A stretch of 64,000 nucleotides of DNA from NCBI GenBank assembly GCA_048885525.1, contig JBHLLP010000006.1, positions 32,001-96,000 of the forward strand, in the 5' to 3' direction. This DNA is from Candidatus Hermodarchaeota archaeon (GTDB lineage: Archaea; Asgardarchaeota; Lokiarchaeia; Sigyniarchaeales; SOKP01). Of this stretch, positions 9,310-19,389 are shown piece after piece. Each line of letters begins with the position of its first letter. Position 1 is the first letter of the stretch. A program made the position numbers and the translations under genes. The notes under the pieces were generated by a model. That model ran no database searches. It had not been told where the DNA came from and saw only the letters and a list, made by a program, of their open reading frames with translations.

Positions 9310-9858
9310 TCATTTTTTAAGCTTATAATCTAACCACCAATCAATTTTTAGAGGATCTCTTTTAAATTTAACAAAAGAAATTGCTTCTCCAGTAATATAA
9401 TAAGGTTTTTCTTCTGTTATTAAAATCTCTTCTTTGATAATATCAATTGCTCTAGGTAAATTTTCCATTTGAATGTTTATTCCTAAAGTACAATGTGGAA
9501 TCCATGTTATCGGAGAAGATTTAGTTTTAAAATTTTTAAAGAGATTATATGCTTTTTGTTGAAAATTTAATAACTCTATAGATGCTTTCGGATTTAAAAA
9601 TAGGACACTTTCTTCAGAAGGGAAGTATCCAATACTACTTATTTGAATTTTAAATGGTTTTGTTTCAATAGAAAAAAGAAGTAATCTTTCTTTAACGATA
9701 TTAATATCAATATTTTCATAGATAGATAGAGTTATATGAGGTTTCATTTTTACATCATGAAGTATTGGACTAATATTTTCATTCTTAAACCGCCTAAAAA
9801 TATAAGTTATGATATGATTACTCTCTTCATCAAAAGTTAGAACAATTGCATATGGCAT
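9310..9858 (-). CDS. 2H phosphoesterase (2'-5' RNA ligase-like family)
   Basis: Two HxT motifs: PHITL and WIPHCTL. Confidence 0.88.
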   Translation of the reverse strand: MPYAIVLTFDEESNHIITYIFRRFKNENISPILHDVKMKPHITLSIYENIDINIVKERLLLFSIETKPFKIQISSIGYFPSEESVLFLNPKASIELLNFQQKAYNLFKNFKTKSSPITWIPHCTLGINIQMENLPRAIDIIKEEILITEEKPYYITGEAISFVKFKRDPLKIDWWLDYKLKK

Positions 9859-10105
9859 AATTATACACTCTATAAGACCAATTAATAAATATTTTGGAAA
9901 TATAGAAAGATTGAATGAAATACATTAAATATTTCTAAATAAGTAGATTTTTTGAGCTTTTTTCTGCCTATGGTTTTTCTTTATTTGTTCTTTTAAAATT
10001 TTCCAAGGATACAAAAATTAATAGATTTCAATATCTTATTTTATTATACAATATTGTAAATATTGGAATCCAATTTATTAAAATTAATTAAAATGAATAT
10101 GTGAA

Positions 10106-10552
10106 TTGAATATGAATGTTAAAGAAAGATTTTTGGATATTGCTGCCATCTTGCTTTTATATACTATTGCAACTATGTTAATTTTTGGCTTTATTGATGC
10201 AATTTCTGGGACATTAATGCCTTATGAATTTACTTATTTGGGACAGACGGAAGCTAGCATAATTGCTTTTGATCCAGAAGTTTGGGAGATTCTTAGCGGT
10301 TATATCAGAATAGTAGGATATACTTTTATTAGCTTTGGAGTTATTCTTGTGATTGTGATTTTATTTGCTTTTCGAAAGAAAGAGAAATGGGCTTGGATAG
10401 TAGCTGTTTGGGGGTCTCTGTCATTAGATATTCCTTTCTTGATAATTCTTGCTACTACAATGAATCTTCCATTTTATCTTATACTGACTAATCTGATCGT
10501 CCAAGTAGTAGCCTTGGGTATTTCTTTTAAAGAATTTTTTGGAGCTGAATAA
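10106..10552 (+). CDS. Four-TM membrane protein, unknown function
   Basis: Hydrophobic segments, FRKKEKWAW loop. Confidence 0.75.
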   Translation: MNMNVKERFLDIAAILLLYTIATMLIFGFIDAISGTLMPYEFTYLGQTEASIIAFDPEVWEILSGYIRIVGYTFISFGVILVIVILFAFRKKEKWAWIVAVWGSLSLDIPFLIILATTMNLPFYLILTNLIVQVVALGISFKEFFGAE

Positions 10553-10631
10553 AAAATTAAAGATATTGGTATTTCACCATAATTTAACAATATCAAAAAT
10601 TTTTTTTTTTATTAATATTTTTTAAAGTTGA

Positions 10632-11645
10632 ATGAGAGAAGTTTATCCCAATATTTTTCTAATAAAGGAAAAAGGGACTTTTGGAGCAATAAAACCACCG
10701 GAAAATATTTATGTTTTAGCTGGTTCAGATGGTATAATTTTTGATGCTGGATACGGAACCAAAAAAGCTGTAAAGCATTTAATTACAGAAATTAAAAAAA
10801 TAGAAAAAATCTATAAAGAACAACACAAACAGTTTAAACTTACAAGGATTATCGTATCGCATTGCCACCCAGATCATTTTAGTGGTTTAAAAAGAATAAG
10901 AGAGGCTTTAGGAATAAAGATCTCGCTCACAAAAAAAAGTGCTGAAATTATAAAGGATAAAAATAGTTTCATAAAAAGTTTTGAAACAGATGCATACAAA
11001 GATTACATGAGAGTTAGGAAAAAGTTAACTCGAAGAATAATAAATGTATTAAGAAACGTTGGTTCAAGACTATTTTATCAACGTATATATGGTGTTTCTT
11101 ATATAGATAATCCGGAAGAAATTGTCGATAGCAATACAGAGATCATAATAAATGGAGAGGTATGGCAAATTTTTCCTTCACCTGGACATGCTATTGATCA
11201 TATTTCTCTTTATAATAAGGAAAAAGGTGTATTATTCTCTGGAGATAATATTTTAAAGTCTATTACTACTTGGCTTGGCCCTCCAAATTGTGATTTAGCA
11301 GAATATGTTAATTCTATTAAAAAGATCCAGAAATTATCTAACCTCAAATTAGTACTTGCAGCTCATGGAAGCCCTATAGAAAATCCTAAAGACAGGATTG
11401 CAGAAATTTTATCACATAGAAAGGAGAGAGAAGAACAAGTTCTCGATATAATTCATGATAATTCAACCAATGGAATTACTCCAAAAGATATAATTAAAGC
11501 TATTTATCCTCAGGATAGTAGATTTCTACATCAAGTTGCTCGTGGTTGGATTGTTTTAACTTTAAAAATGTTAGAAGAGAAGGGCTTAATAAAACGGCAA
11601 GATACAAAAAGAGAGATACTATTTTTCCCGGTTGAAAAGAATTAA
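10632..11645 (+). CDS. Metallo-beta-lactamase-fold hydrolase with C-terminal winged helix (LACTB2-like)
   Basis: SHCHPDHFSG, PGHAIDH, FSGD, AAHG. Confidence 0.9.
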   Translation: MREVYPNIFLIKEKGTFGAIKPPENIYVLAGSDGIIFDAGYGTKKAVKHLITEIKKIEKIYKEQHKQFKLTRIIVSHCHPDHFSGLKRIREALGIKISLTKKSAEIIKDKNSFIKSFETDAYKDYMRVRKKLTRRIINVLRNVGSRLFYQRIYGVSYIDNPEEIVDSNTEIIINGEVWQIFPSPGHAIDHISLYNKEKGVLFSGDNILKSITTWLGPPNCDLAEYVNSIKKIQKLSNLKLVLAAHGSPIENPKDRIAEILSHRKEREEQVLDIIHDNSTNGITPKDIIKAIYPQDSRFLHQVARGWIVLTLKMLEEKGLIKRQDTKREILFFPVEKN

Positions 11646-11792
11646 ATTTTTCATATCCTTAATTAAAATAGAAATTACTAGCTTATTGCTAAATTAATAA
11701 ATAAATTCTATAAATTAGAAGTCAAAATAATATTATAAAAATTTTACAGCGATATTATTTTTAAAAGTAATTATTCTATAGTAAATTTTAAT

Positions 11793-13946
11793 ATGCAAAA
11801 AGAGCCTCTACAATATATAAATGGACTATTTTTAAAAAAAAATCAAATTTTGTGGAGAGATTATCAAAGAAATATTGTTAATAGCTGTAAAAATAAAAAT
11901 TCTTTAGTTGTTTTACCAACAGGTTTAGGAAAAACAATTATAGGTATTTTATTAATTTCTCATTGCTTGAAAAAATATTCAAAAGCAAAAATTATTATTC
12001 TTGCTCCTACGCGACCATTAGTTTCACAGCATAGGGCTTCATGTAAGAGATTTCTTGACATTGATTTAGAAAATATTACTTCATTTACAGGAAAAATATC
12101 TCCAGAAAAAAGAATCCTATTATTTAAAAGTTCAAGAATAATAATATCTACACCACAAGTAATCAAAAATGATTTGATGAGAGGCAGATATGAATTAAGT
12201 AAAGTATCATTAATAATATTCGATGAAGCTCATAAGACTAAAGGAAATTATGCGTACAATTTTATTTCAGAAGAATATATTAATAATTGTACAGATCCCT
12301 TAATCTTAGGATTAACAGCCTCACCAGGAAAGGATTATGAACACATTCAACAAATATGTGATAACTTATATATTGAGAATATCGTTTTTAAAAGTTATCA
12401 AGATAAAGACGTTAAGGATTATATTTATGACATCGATACTTATATCAATTTAATTGATTTACCCGTTAAAATAAGGGAATTAAGTGCTGTTTGGTATAAT
12501 TTATTTGAAATTTATTTAAGATTTTTTATAAAGAATAATTTAATTCCCCCAAATAAACCATTTTATTCAAAATTAGATTTTTTAGGAATATCTCGTGATT
12601 TAACAATTTCTTTACACTATGAAAAAGATAATCAATTTGATTTATCTGAAGATGAATATTTAGATTGTTTATATTACAAATCTCCAAAAATAATTGATAT
12701 CGTTAAAGAAAATCAACTTGATATTCCTTCTGTATACTCTTATTGTTCAAGTTGTATATCCATACTTCATGCTAAAGATTTGTTAGAAACACAAGATATA
12801 TCTCTCTTTAAATCTTTTTTAGATAAAATTAAGTATAAAACAGATAAAGATATCTTATCAGCTAAAAGAATTGTGAATTCAGAGCATTTTAATCACATCA
12901 TTTCTGTAATTGAAAATGAAGAACAAATTACTCTTTCTCATCCTAAATTAAAACAGATTAATTCCATAATTAAAGAGGAAATTGAAGAATTTAGTAATAA
13001 AAAAATTCTGATCTTTACACAATACCGTGAAATGGCAGAACTTCTTAAGAAAAAGTTGCAAAAGGACTTTTATGGACAACTTAAAATTGAAAAATTTATT
13101 GGCCAAGCAACTAAAAAAGAAGATTATGGATTTCCCCAAAGTTTACAAATAGAGATCTTACAAAAATTCAGAGATGGAGATATAAATATATTGATTGCCA
13201 CAAGTGTCGCTGAAGAAGGATTAGATATCCCAAATGTGGATGCCATTATTTTTTTCGAACCTATTCCTTCAGAAATCCGATTAATTCAAAGACGAGGAAG
13301 AACTGGAAGATATTCTCCGGGAAGGTGTTATATACTTATAACTGAAGAATCAGTTGATATCCCATTTCATATTGTTGCTAGACGAAAAGAACATTCAATG
13401 AACTCAGTATTATCTAATCAAAAGCAATTGAAATTAATAAGTACTTTAGAACGCGAAAGAATTGATTTCTCTATCCAAAAAAATCAATATGTTGACTCAC
13501 AATTTACAAAAAATTTTAGAGAAAGAAAAGATTTAGAAGAAATTTATTTAGCAAACCATTCTATCGAAGAAATTATTACCCAAATAGATAATTTCTGTAA
13601 TAGTGAAGATTATAAAAATCTTAGAGATTGTGGAATAACATTTTATTCAGATTTTATAAAGTTTGATAAACATTTCTTAAAAGAAAAAATTATAAAATTT
13701 AAAAAAAGAAGATTAAAGTCACCTAATCACCAAAAAGTCTATTTAAATAAACATATAAAAGCATTGATAAATATAGTTAAAATCTTTGGCATTAATGGAT
13801 TATTAGACTACAAAAAATTTCAAGAACTTGCACGTGATGAAGATATCATTGATCAAAAGTTTAATACCCATTTCAACCAAGCATGTTTTCTTGGATATCT
13901 TAGAAAACTAGATAATTCTGTCCAATTTATTATGGATTATGATTAA
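11793..13946 (+). CDS. hef: Hef/FANCM/Mph1-family SF2 helicase, no evident ERCC4 nuclease domain
   Basis: LPTGLGKT, APTRPLVSQH, DEAH, TASPG, ATSVAEEGLDIP, IQRRGRTGR. Confidence 0.9.
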   Translation: MQKEPLQYINGLFLKKNQILWRDYQRNIVNSCKNKNSLVVLPTGLGKTIIGILLISHCLKKYSKAKIIILAPTRPLVSQHRASCKRFLDIDLENITSFTGKISPEKRILLFKSSRIIISTPQVIKNDLMRGRYELSKVSLIIFDEAHKTKGNYAYNFISEEYINNCTDPLILGLTASPGKDYEHIQQICDNLYIENIVFKSYQDKDVKDYIYDIDTYINLIDLPVKIRELSAVWYNLFEIYLRFFIKNNLIPPNKPFYSKLDFLGISRDLTISLHYEKDNQFDLSEDEYLDCLYYKSPKIIDIVKENQLDIPSVYSYCSSCISILHAKDLLETQDISLFKSFLDKIKYKTDKDILSAKRIVNSEHFNHIISVIENEEQITLSHPKLKQINSIIKEEIEEFSNKKILIFTQYREMAELLKKKLQKDFYGQLKIEKFIGQATKKEDYGFPQSLQIEILQKFRDGDINILIATSVAEEGLDIPNVDAIIFFEPIPSEIRLIQRRGRTGRYSPGRCYILITEESVDIPFHIVARRKEHSMNSVLSNQKQLKLISTLERERIDFSIQKNQYVDSQFTKNFRERKDLEEIYLANHSIEEIITQIDNFCNSEDYKNLRDCGITFYSDFIKFDKHFLKEKIIKFKKRRLKSPNHQKVYLNKHIKALINIVKIFGINGLLDYKKFQELARDEDIIDQKFNTHFNQACFLGYLRKLDNSVQFIMDYD

Positions 13947-13997
13947 ATGTTCAGAAAGTGGAATATTTAAAAATCTAAATCAATAAAATTTTAATTA

Positions 13998-16900
13998 CTA
14001 TTTTATTTTACCTTCTTTTCCTTTTCTCAAGAAATAAAATATTAGGATAAGAGTTGTAATTATTATCGGAATAGTTATAATTACTGGATTACCCCCACTA
14101 AAAAGGAATAAATAATATGAAATAGTAACAATTGAGGCAAAAAATGCGATGATACTACCATATTGACTCGCAAAATTCCTTAAATGCCGTAAAATCATAT
14201 TTAGTTTATAATTGGTATTTTTGATTACTTCCAATTCAGTTTCATCAATTTCATCTAATACATCTGGATTTTCATAATATATTGATAACAGTGGATTATA
14301 TTTTCCCTTTATTTCTCCAGCACTTATTAGAAATAATAGATGATCTTGTATATTTTGTTTTTTTATTTTAAGTTCATTGTTCAAGAATCCAACTGTTAAA
14401 TATTCATTTGCAACGGCCTTTATAGTCATATTGATGTATGATTTTAATATAAACCGCTCTAATGCTTTAACTTTTTCATTTAGAATTTCTGAAAATTCAT
14501 CTATAAATCTGTTAAAATCTTCAAGAATAAATTTTGATATTTGACTAAAATTTTTTGATTGCTTAGAAAAATCTTTGAATGTTGTTTCCATGTCTCTTTT
14601 AATCTTATTTATCTCGGAATCAATACTTTTTGCTCTTTTTTGAATCAAAATATTACTTTTCTTAAATTCTTTAATTTCTATATTATCCTCCACTTTTCTT
14701 TCTAAATTACCCAGTAATTGACTTAAATATATTTTATTTTTATTAACAAGAGTCAATAATTGTTCACGGAATGATTCATTCTTCATTGATATTATCTGGT
14801 CACTAATCTTTTGAATTTTGCTGTTATACTCATTAGAAAAATTATTTTTTGCTTTCACATACAACTCTCTAATTTCAGGTACTAATTTAGCTAAATCTCC
14901 AGTATTGCGTAATAAAGCATTTATTTTAACTTCAATTTTTTCTTGAGATTGTTTCAGATTATCCTTAAAGTCTTGCTCCCTATTTTCAAAGTTTTCCTGA
15001 ATCTTTATATAGTCCTCGTGATCTTCCGCTCTTTTAAAAACTTTAGTAGTATATTCCTTTAATTCAATATTTAAGGAATTAAATTTCTGGTCTATAAATG
15101 ATTGTATTTTATTGAATTGCTTTAAATTATTTTTAATATTTTTTATAGCAGCTCTTTCATTCTCTAAAATTGATTCAAAATATTCTTTAGTCTCAAAGAA
15201 TTCTTCTCTTTCTTGATTTATCTGAAGTTCTTTTACTTTTTCATAGAATTGTTTCGGTAGAACATCTTCAAAAATCTTTAAATCCTTAATTCTGTTTTGA
15301 AGCTCTAACATATTTATATTTAGTGTTCTATTTCTAATACTCGAATCATATAAGGAAAGAATTTTTCCGATTCTTGCCCTATTTAATTTTAATAAATTAT
15401 TATCTATATAATTTTTAAGTTCTTTATTCAAGTAATAAAAATCTGTGAATATCAAAATATATTTTTCCTTTTCGTTAAGTTCTGCATTGATTTTTGAAAT
15501 TTCAATCATAGTTTTTAACTGATCAATAAGAACTTTACATGATAATTTAACTTCATCCTTTAAATCGCTTAATTTTATATTATTAGTCCTTTTCTCAATT
15601 GCCAATGCATTTATTTTATTTGAGATGATATTGTTTATAGCTTCGTTTTTTAATTCTGAAATTTCATTAATAAAAAAATCATTAAATTTTTCCCATTGAA
15701 TAATGCTTAATTCTGATTCTCCATTAAAGTTCTCAATATTTTTACGACATTCATTTAACTTTTTTTGGTATATCTTATTTATTTTATTGAAATCAGTTTG
15801 GAGTGAGTCAAATTCTTTCATAGCTTCTTCGATTTTTAAACTTTTATAACGATCTAAATTTTTCTTAACCTCATTTAATTGAGATTTAAATTTTAGACTC
15901 TCTTGAGAAATAAAATTATCAAAATCTTCTATTCTCGCTCGATTTCTTTCTTCTATAATTTTTTTCTTTAAATTTTTTACTTGATTTGCAATTATTTCGA
16001 TTATATTGGATTCTAACTTTTCCAGGCTATCTTGAAGATGGTGAAAGAGTAAATATAACTTCTGCTTTTTTTTAATTTCTTGCTTTATTATGGATTGAAG
16101 TTCTTTAATTTCATTTAACCTCTCGTTCATTAAAATTTCTGACTCTTTCTTAGTAAAACTAAAAGCATCCTGAAATTCATTTTCTAAAATTTTGTTTTTA
16201 GCCTTTTCCTCAATTTGTTTAATATCAATTTGTATTTTATGATTAATCTCTTCAATCTTCTTTAAATTAACATTGAAAAATTGAAAACCGTCAGTATAGA
16301 AACTGAATTCATTATCAAACTGATCTTTAATTCTTAACCACTTATCAATTACCTTTTTATGTTTTTTTACTACTTTTCTTTCTTTAGGGGTAATTTTTTG
16401 AGAGATTTTATAAATTTTATCATCATATTTCCTAATATTTTGAGAGATGCTATCCAGATTATGAATTATGAGACTTAATTTTTCGGGATCATATTCTTTT
16501 TCAAGAATTTCGCAAAAAACCCTTCTAAAGGAATCCAGCTTTTTATCTATATCTTCATCAATGATATCTATTTTTTCTTGAAGATTTTCTAGTAGAATCT
16601 TTAAATTTCTTACTTTCTCTTTTTCCTGGATCTTACTTTTTAAATATGATTCTACTTCTGATAACCTTTTTTGTAAAATCGAGTATACTTTGTTCCATTT
16701 TGAAATTTCTGAGCCTAAACTAGTTTGCATGTTAATATAATAAAATTCCTCATAAAATGAGTTTTCAATGTTCTCATTCAAAAAATCTGCTTCCATTAAT
16801 GCATTTCTAATGACAAATTTTAATCTCTCTTTAGCATACTCAATCTCATTAATTAAAAGATAACTATCTATTTCTTCTCGTATCTGAGAAGTTGCTCTTT

Positions 16901-18467
16901 CTAATTTTAACGTCATATTAAAAATATCATTTTTAATATCCTCCAATTTTTCTTTTTCTTCATATAATCTCTCAACATTCAAATCCATATCAGATACAAT
17001 TATTCTTTTAAAAAAATAATTTAAATAGAAGAAATATTTAGTTTTAATACCTAGGAACACTTTTTTCGTTCTAATATCACCGTTAAAAAACCTTTTCTCA
17101 ACCATATCTTTAATTATTGGAAAGACCTCTTCCTTTAACTTCAAGGGTTCATAATAGAGGGCTCTATATCTTTTATGAATATCAGAAAGAGAAACTATAC
17201 TATTATTTATTAGTTTATTATAGAAATTTTGAAAAAATTCTTTTTTTCCATGACTAAAATTACTAATATAATTCTTAAATTCAATTTCATTGTTTAAAAT
17301 GCGTAAATTAAAATTATAGTTTAAATTAATATATGAAATAAGGTCATTAGTATATTCTTCTAAACCGAAGGTGGATTTTAATTGATTTACATCAATAAAT
17401 TTATCTTTTTCTATTTGCTTAAAAAGTAATCTTTCAATTTCGCCAATAAATTTCTTCCAAATAAGCGATAGAAGAATTATTAACTTAGATACATCACATA
17501 ATTTGTCAGAATTCCAGTTATCGCGATTATTAAGTACTTCTTTTAATTTTTTATTTATGAAAGAAAAAATTCCAGCAGGATTATAATCCAACATCCAAGA
17601 ATATAACTCTAGGATATAAACTACCCAAAAAGTGATTTCTATATTATCTGATTGATTAAAACTAAATCCACCATTCTCTTTCTGAAATTGTTGAAGGGAT
17701 TGGATTTCTTTCTCTTTTATTTCTAAATCTAAATCTAAAAACTTAAGACAAAGAAATCTAAAAATTAAAGAGGTTCCTCTTTTTTTATCTCCTAGATATA
17801 ATCTAAATTGGTTCTTATTAATGCGTATGTCTATATTCAGAAGTGAAAAGATTTCCAAGGCGTAGTATAGTGTTCGAGCAGGGGAAATATTTTTATCGAT
17901 TTCACATTCATTATCATGGCAATGTAGAAATTTATTACTTTTCTTATGGGATAAGATAAAATTTTTAATTTCTCCTTTTTTTTGATCCTGACCCTCAGAA
18001 CTCAGATATTGTTTTAATAATCCTAAATTCTTTAGACAAGTTAAGGCTAGATATGTAGAAAATATATCGGGAAGTTTATCAGATTGTGGAGTTTGTTTGA
18101 ATCCTAATTGTTCGTTTTGATGAATTTCACATTTCTTTATGAAATTAAAGATTTCATCTCTATTTATTCTTTTTTCTTCTTTAAGATATTTCCTTAGTAA
18201 TAAAAACCAAAAAATAGTCTCTAAATTTACGTTAGGGGTATTTAACAAGTTTTTATTAAAATATTCATAGAATTCAACTAGTCTATCATGTTCTTTATAA
18301 TAAAAATTCCTAATATCTCTTTTTTTAACTCTTATAAATGACTTAAATGGTTCTTTTTTAAATTTTGTAATATATGGATAAGCAGATTTCTCTTCCACAT
18401 TAAACAATATTAAACAAATCCCTAGAATGATTATACTAATTTTTGTAAATAATGAAAATATAAACAT
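13998..18467 (-). CDS. Giant protein: prenyltransferase/squalene-cyclase-like repeats, PCI/winged-helix modules, coiled coils, two C-terminal TMs (true start possibly GTG 18398)
   Basis: PDIFSTYLALTCL, ARTLYYALEIFSLL, QQFQKENGGFS...ITFWVVYIL repeats; long heptad regions; hydrophobic hairpin and basic tail. Confidence 0.7.
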   Translation of the reverse strand: MFIFSLFTKISIIILGICLILFNVEEKSAYPYITKFKKEPFKSFIRVKKRDIRNFYYKEHDRLVEFYEYFNKNLLNTPNVNLETIFWFLLLRKYLKEEKRINRDEIFNFIKKCEIHQNEQLGFKQTPQSDKLPDIFSTYLALTCLKNLGLLKQYLSSEGQDQKKGEIKNFILSHKKSNKFLHCHDNECEIDKNISPARTLYYALEIFSLLNIDIRINKNQFRLYLGDKKRGTSLIFRFLCLKFLDLDLEIKEKEIQSLQQFQKENGGFSFNQSDNIEITFWVVYILELYSWMLDYNPAGIFSFINKKLKEVLNNRDNWNSDKLCDVSKLIILLSLIWKKFIGEIERLLFKQIEKDKFIDVNQLKSTFGLEEYTNDLISYINLNYNFNLRILNNEIEFKNYISNFSHGKKEFFQNFYNKLINNSIVSLSDIHKRYRALYYEPLKLKEEVFPIIKDMVEKRFFNGDIRTKKVFLGIKTKYFFYLNYFFKRIIVSDMDLNVERLYEEKEKLEDIKNDIFNMTLKLERATSQIREEIDSYLLINEIEYAKERLKFVIRNALMEADFLNENIENSFYEEFYYINMQTSLGSEISKWNKVYSILQKRLSEVESYLKSKIQEKEKVRNLKILLENLQEKIDIIDEDIDKKLDSFRRVFCEILEKEYDPEKLSLIIHNLDSISQNIRKYDDKIYKISQKITPKERKVVKKHKKVIDKWLRIKDQFDNEFSFYTDGFQFFNVNLKKIEEINHKIQIDIKQIEEKAKNKILENEFQDAFSFTKKESEILMNERLNEIKELQSIIKQEIKKKQKLYLLFHHLQDSLEKLESNIIEIIANQVKNLKKKIIEERNRARIEDFDNFISQESLKFKSQLNEVKKNLDRYKSLKIEEAMKEFDSLQTDFNKINKIYQKKLNECRKNIENFNGESELSIIQWEKFNDFFINEISELKNEAINNIISNKINALAIEKRTNNIKLSDLKDEVKLSCKVLIDQLKTMIEISKINAELNEKEKYILIFTDFYYLNKELKNYIDNNLLKLNRARIGKILSLYDSSIRNRTLNINMLELQNRIKDLKIFEDVLPKQFYEKVKELQINQEREEFFETKEYFESILENERAAIKNIKNNLKQFNKIQSFIDQKFNSLNIELKEYTTKVFKRAEDHEDYIKIQENFENREQDFKDNLKQSQEKIEVKINALLRNTGDLAKLVPEIRELYVKAKNNFSNEYNSKIQKISDQIISMKNESFREQLLTLVNKNKIYLSQLLGNLERKVEDNIEIKEFKKSNILIQKRAKSIDSEINKIKRDMETTFKDFSKQSKNFSQISKFILEDFNRFIDEFSEILNEKVKALERFILKSYINMTIKAVANEYLTVGFLNNELKIKKQNIQDHLLFLISAGEIKGKYNPLLSIYYENPDVLDEIDETELEVIKNTNYKLNMILRHLRNFASQYGSIIAFFASIVTISYYLFLFSGGNPVIITIPIIITTLILIFYFLRKGKEGKIK

Positions 18468-18636
18468 TTATTTTTTTGGCAACAAAAATGTCAGATTTAA
18501 GGATAGGTCTCTAAAGACAATTACTAAAATTTAGTTTGATATTCATCAATCATATTTATTACAAGTTATTATAGGGAAAATCCATAACAATCTTGTTAAT
18601 ATTTGCTAAAAAATCCTTTTAATTTTACCTTTTTGA

Positions 18637-19248
18637 TTAACGAAAGTGTTTTTTATTTAGATACACAGTTACAGCAGCAAATATAATACCCACAATGATG
18701 AAATAAATAATCATAAGTAATAATGGTGGAGTACTGCTGATATTTAGAAATATATAGAATTCTTTAGACCAACTATTATTTTCATTCAAAGAGGAATCTT
18801 TAGCCCAAACTTGAAAGATATATACTATTCGATTTTGATATAAACTTATATTATTCCAGTTAAAACTCCACTGACTTTCTCCATTATAAATCATAGTTGC
18901 ATTAAATAAGAAACTGGTAGAATTTGATATCTGAATTGTAACATTGCCAAACAAAGGAGGATTATCATCACTTACATTAGCAATAATTTTATAAACTTTC
19001 TTATTTATTACTGAATTGTTGCTGGATGGTTGGAGGAATGTAATAATTGGAGCAGTTGTATCATTCGTAGGACCTTGAGCAAAATATATAGCATTATTAT
19101 TTACATATCCAACAGCTTCCTTTTTAAAATTAAGTAAATGACCGCTAGAATAAGTAATTGTAATTATTATAAACAGAGTTATAATGATAAATGTTTTAAT
19201 TGAACACTTTTTCTTATAATCTTTAAATGCTATTTTCATTATAATCAT
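18637..19248 (-). CDS. Exported Ig-like-domain protein with N-terminal signal/TM and C-terminal TM anchor
   Basis: DTTAPIITF...ANVSDD...WAKDSS Ig pattern, many NxS/T sequons, STPP-TM-KKHFR tail. Confidence 0.75.
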   Translation of the reverse strand: MIIMKIAFKDYKKKCSIKTFIIITLFIIITITYSSGHLLNFKKEAVGYVNNNAIYFAQGPTNDTTAPIITFLQPSSNNSVINKKVYKIIANVSDDNPPLFGNVTIQISNSTSFLFNATMIYNGESQWSFNWNNISLYQNRIVYIFQVWAKDSSLNENNSWSKEFYIFLNISSTPPLLLMIIYFIIVGIIFAAVTVYLNKKHFR

Positions 19249-19389
19249 AAGTAGCTGGCTATATTAAATTAGAATTAATTCTAACTGTAATTTAAATTTA
19301 AGTGAAGAATACAGCAATTGTTTGGAAATTTGTATCATATCAAAAATTATTTAGTTTCTTTAAAAAAAGTATATTTTGATATCATTTGT

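Noticed and set aside
19269-19284. Perfect 16-bp palindrome TTAGAATTAATTCTAA upstream of the Ig-like gene
   Set aside because: At roughly 70% AT a few such palindromes are expected by chance in 64 kb (rough estimate); no second copy seen
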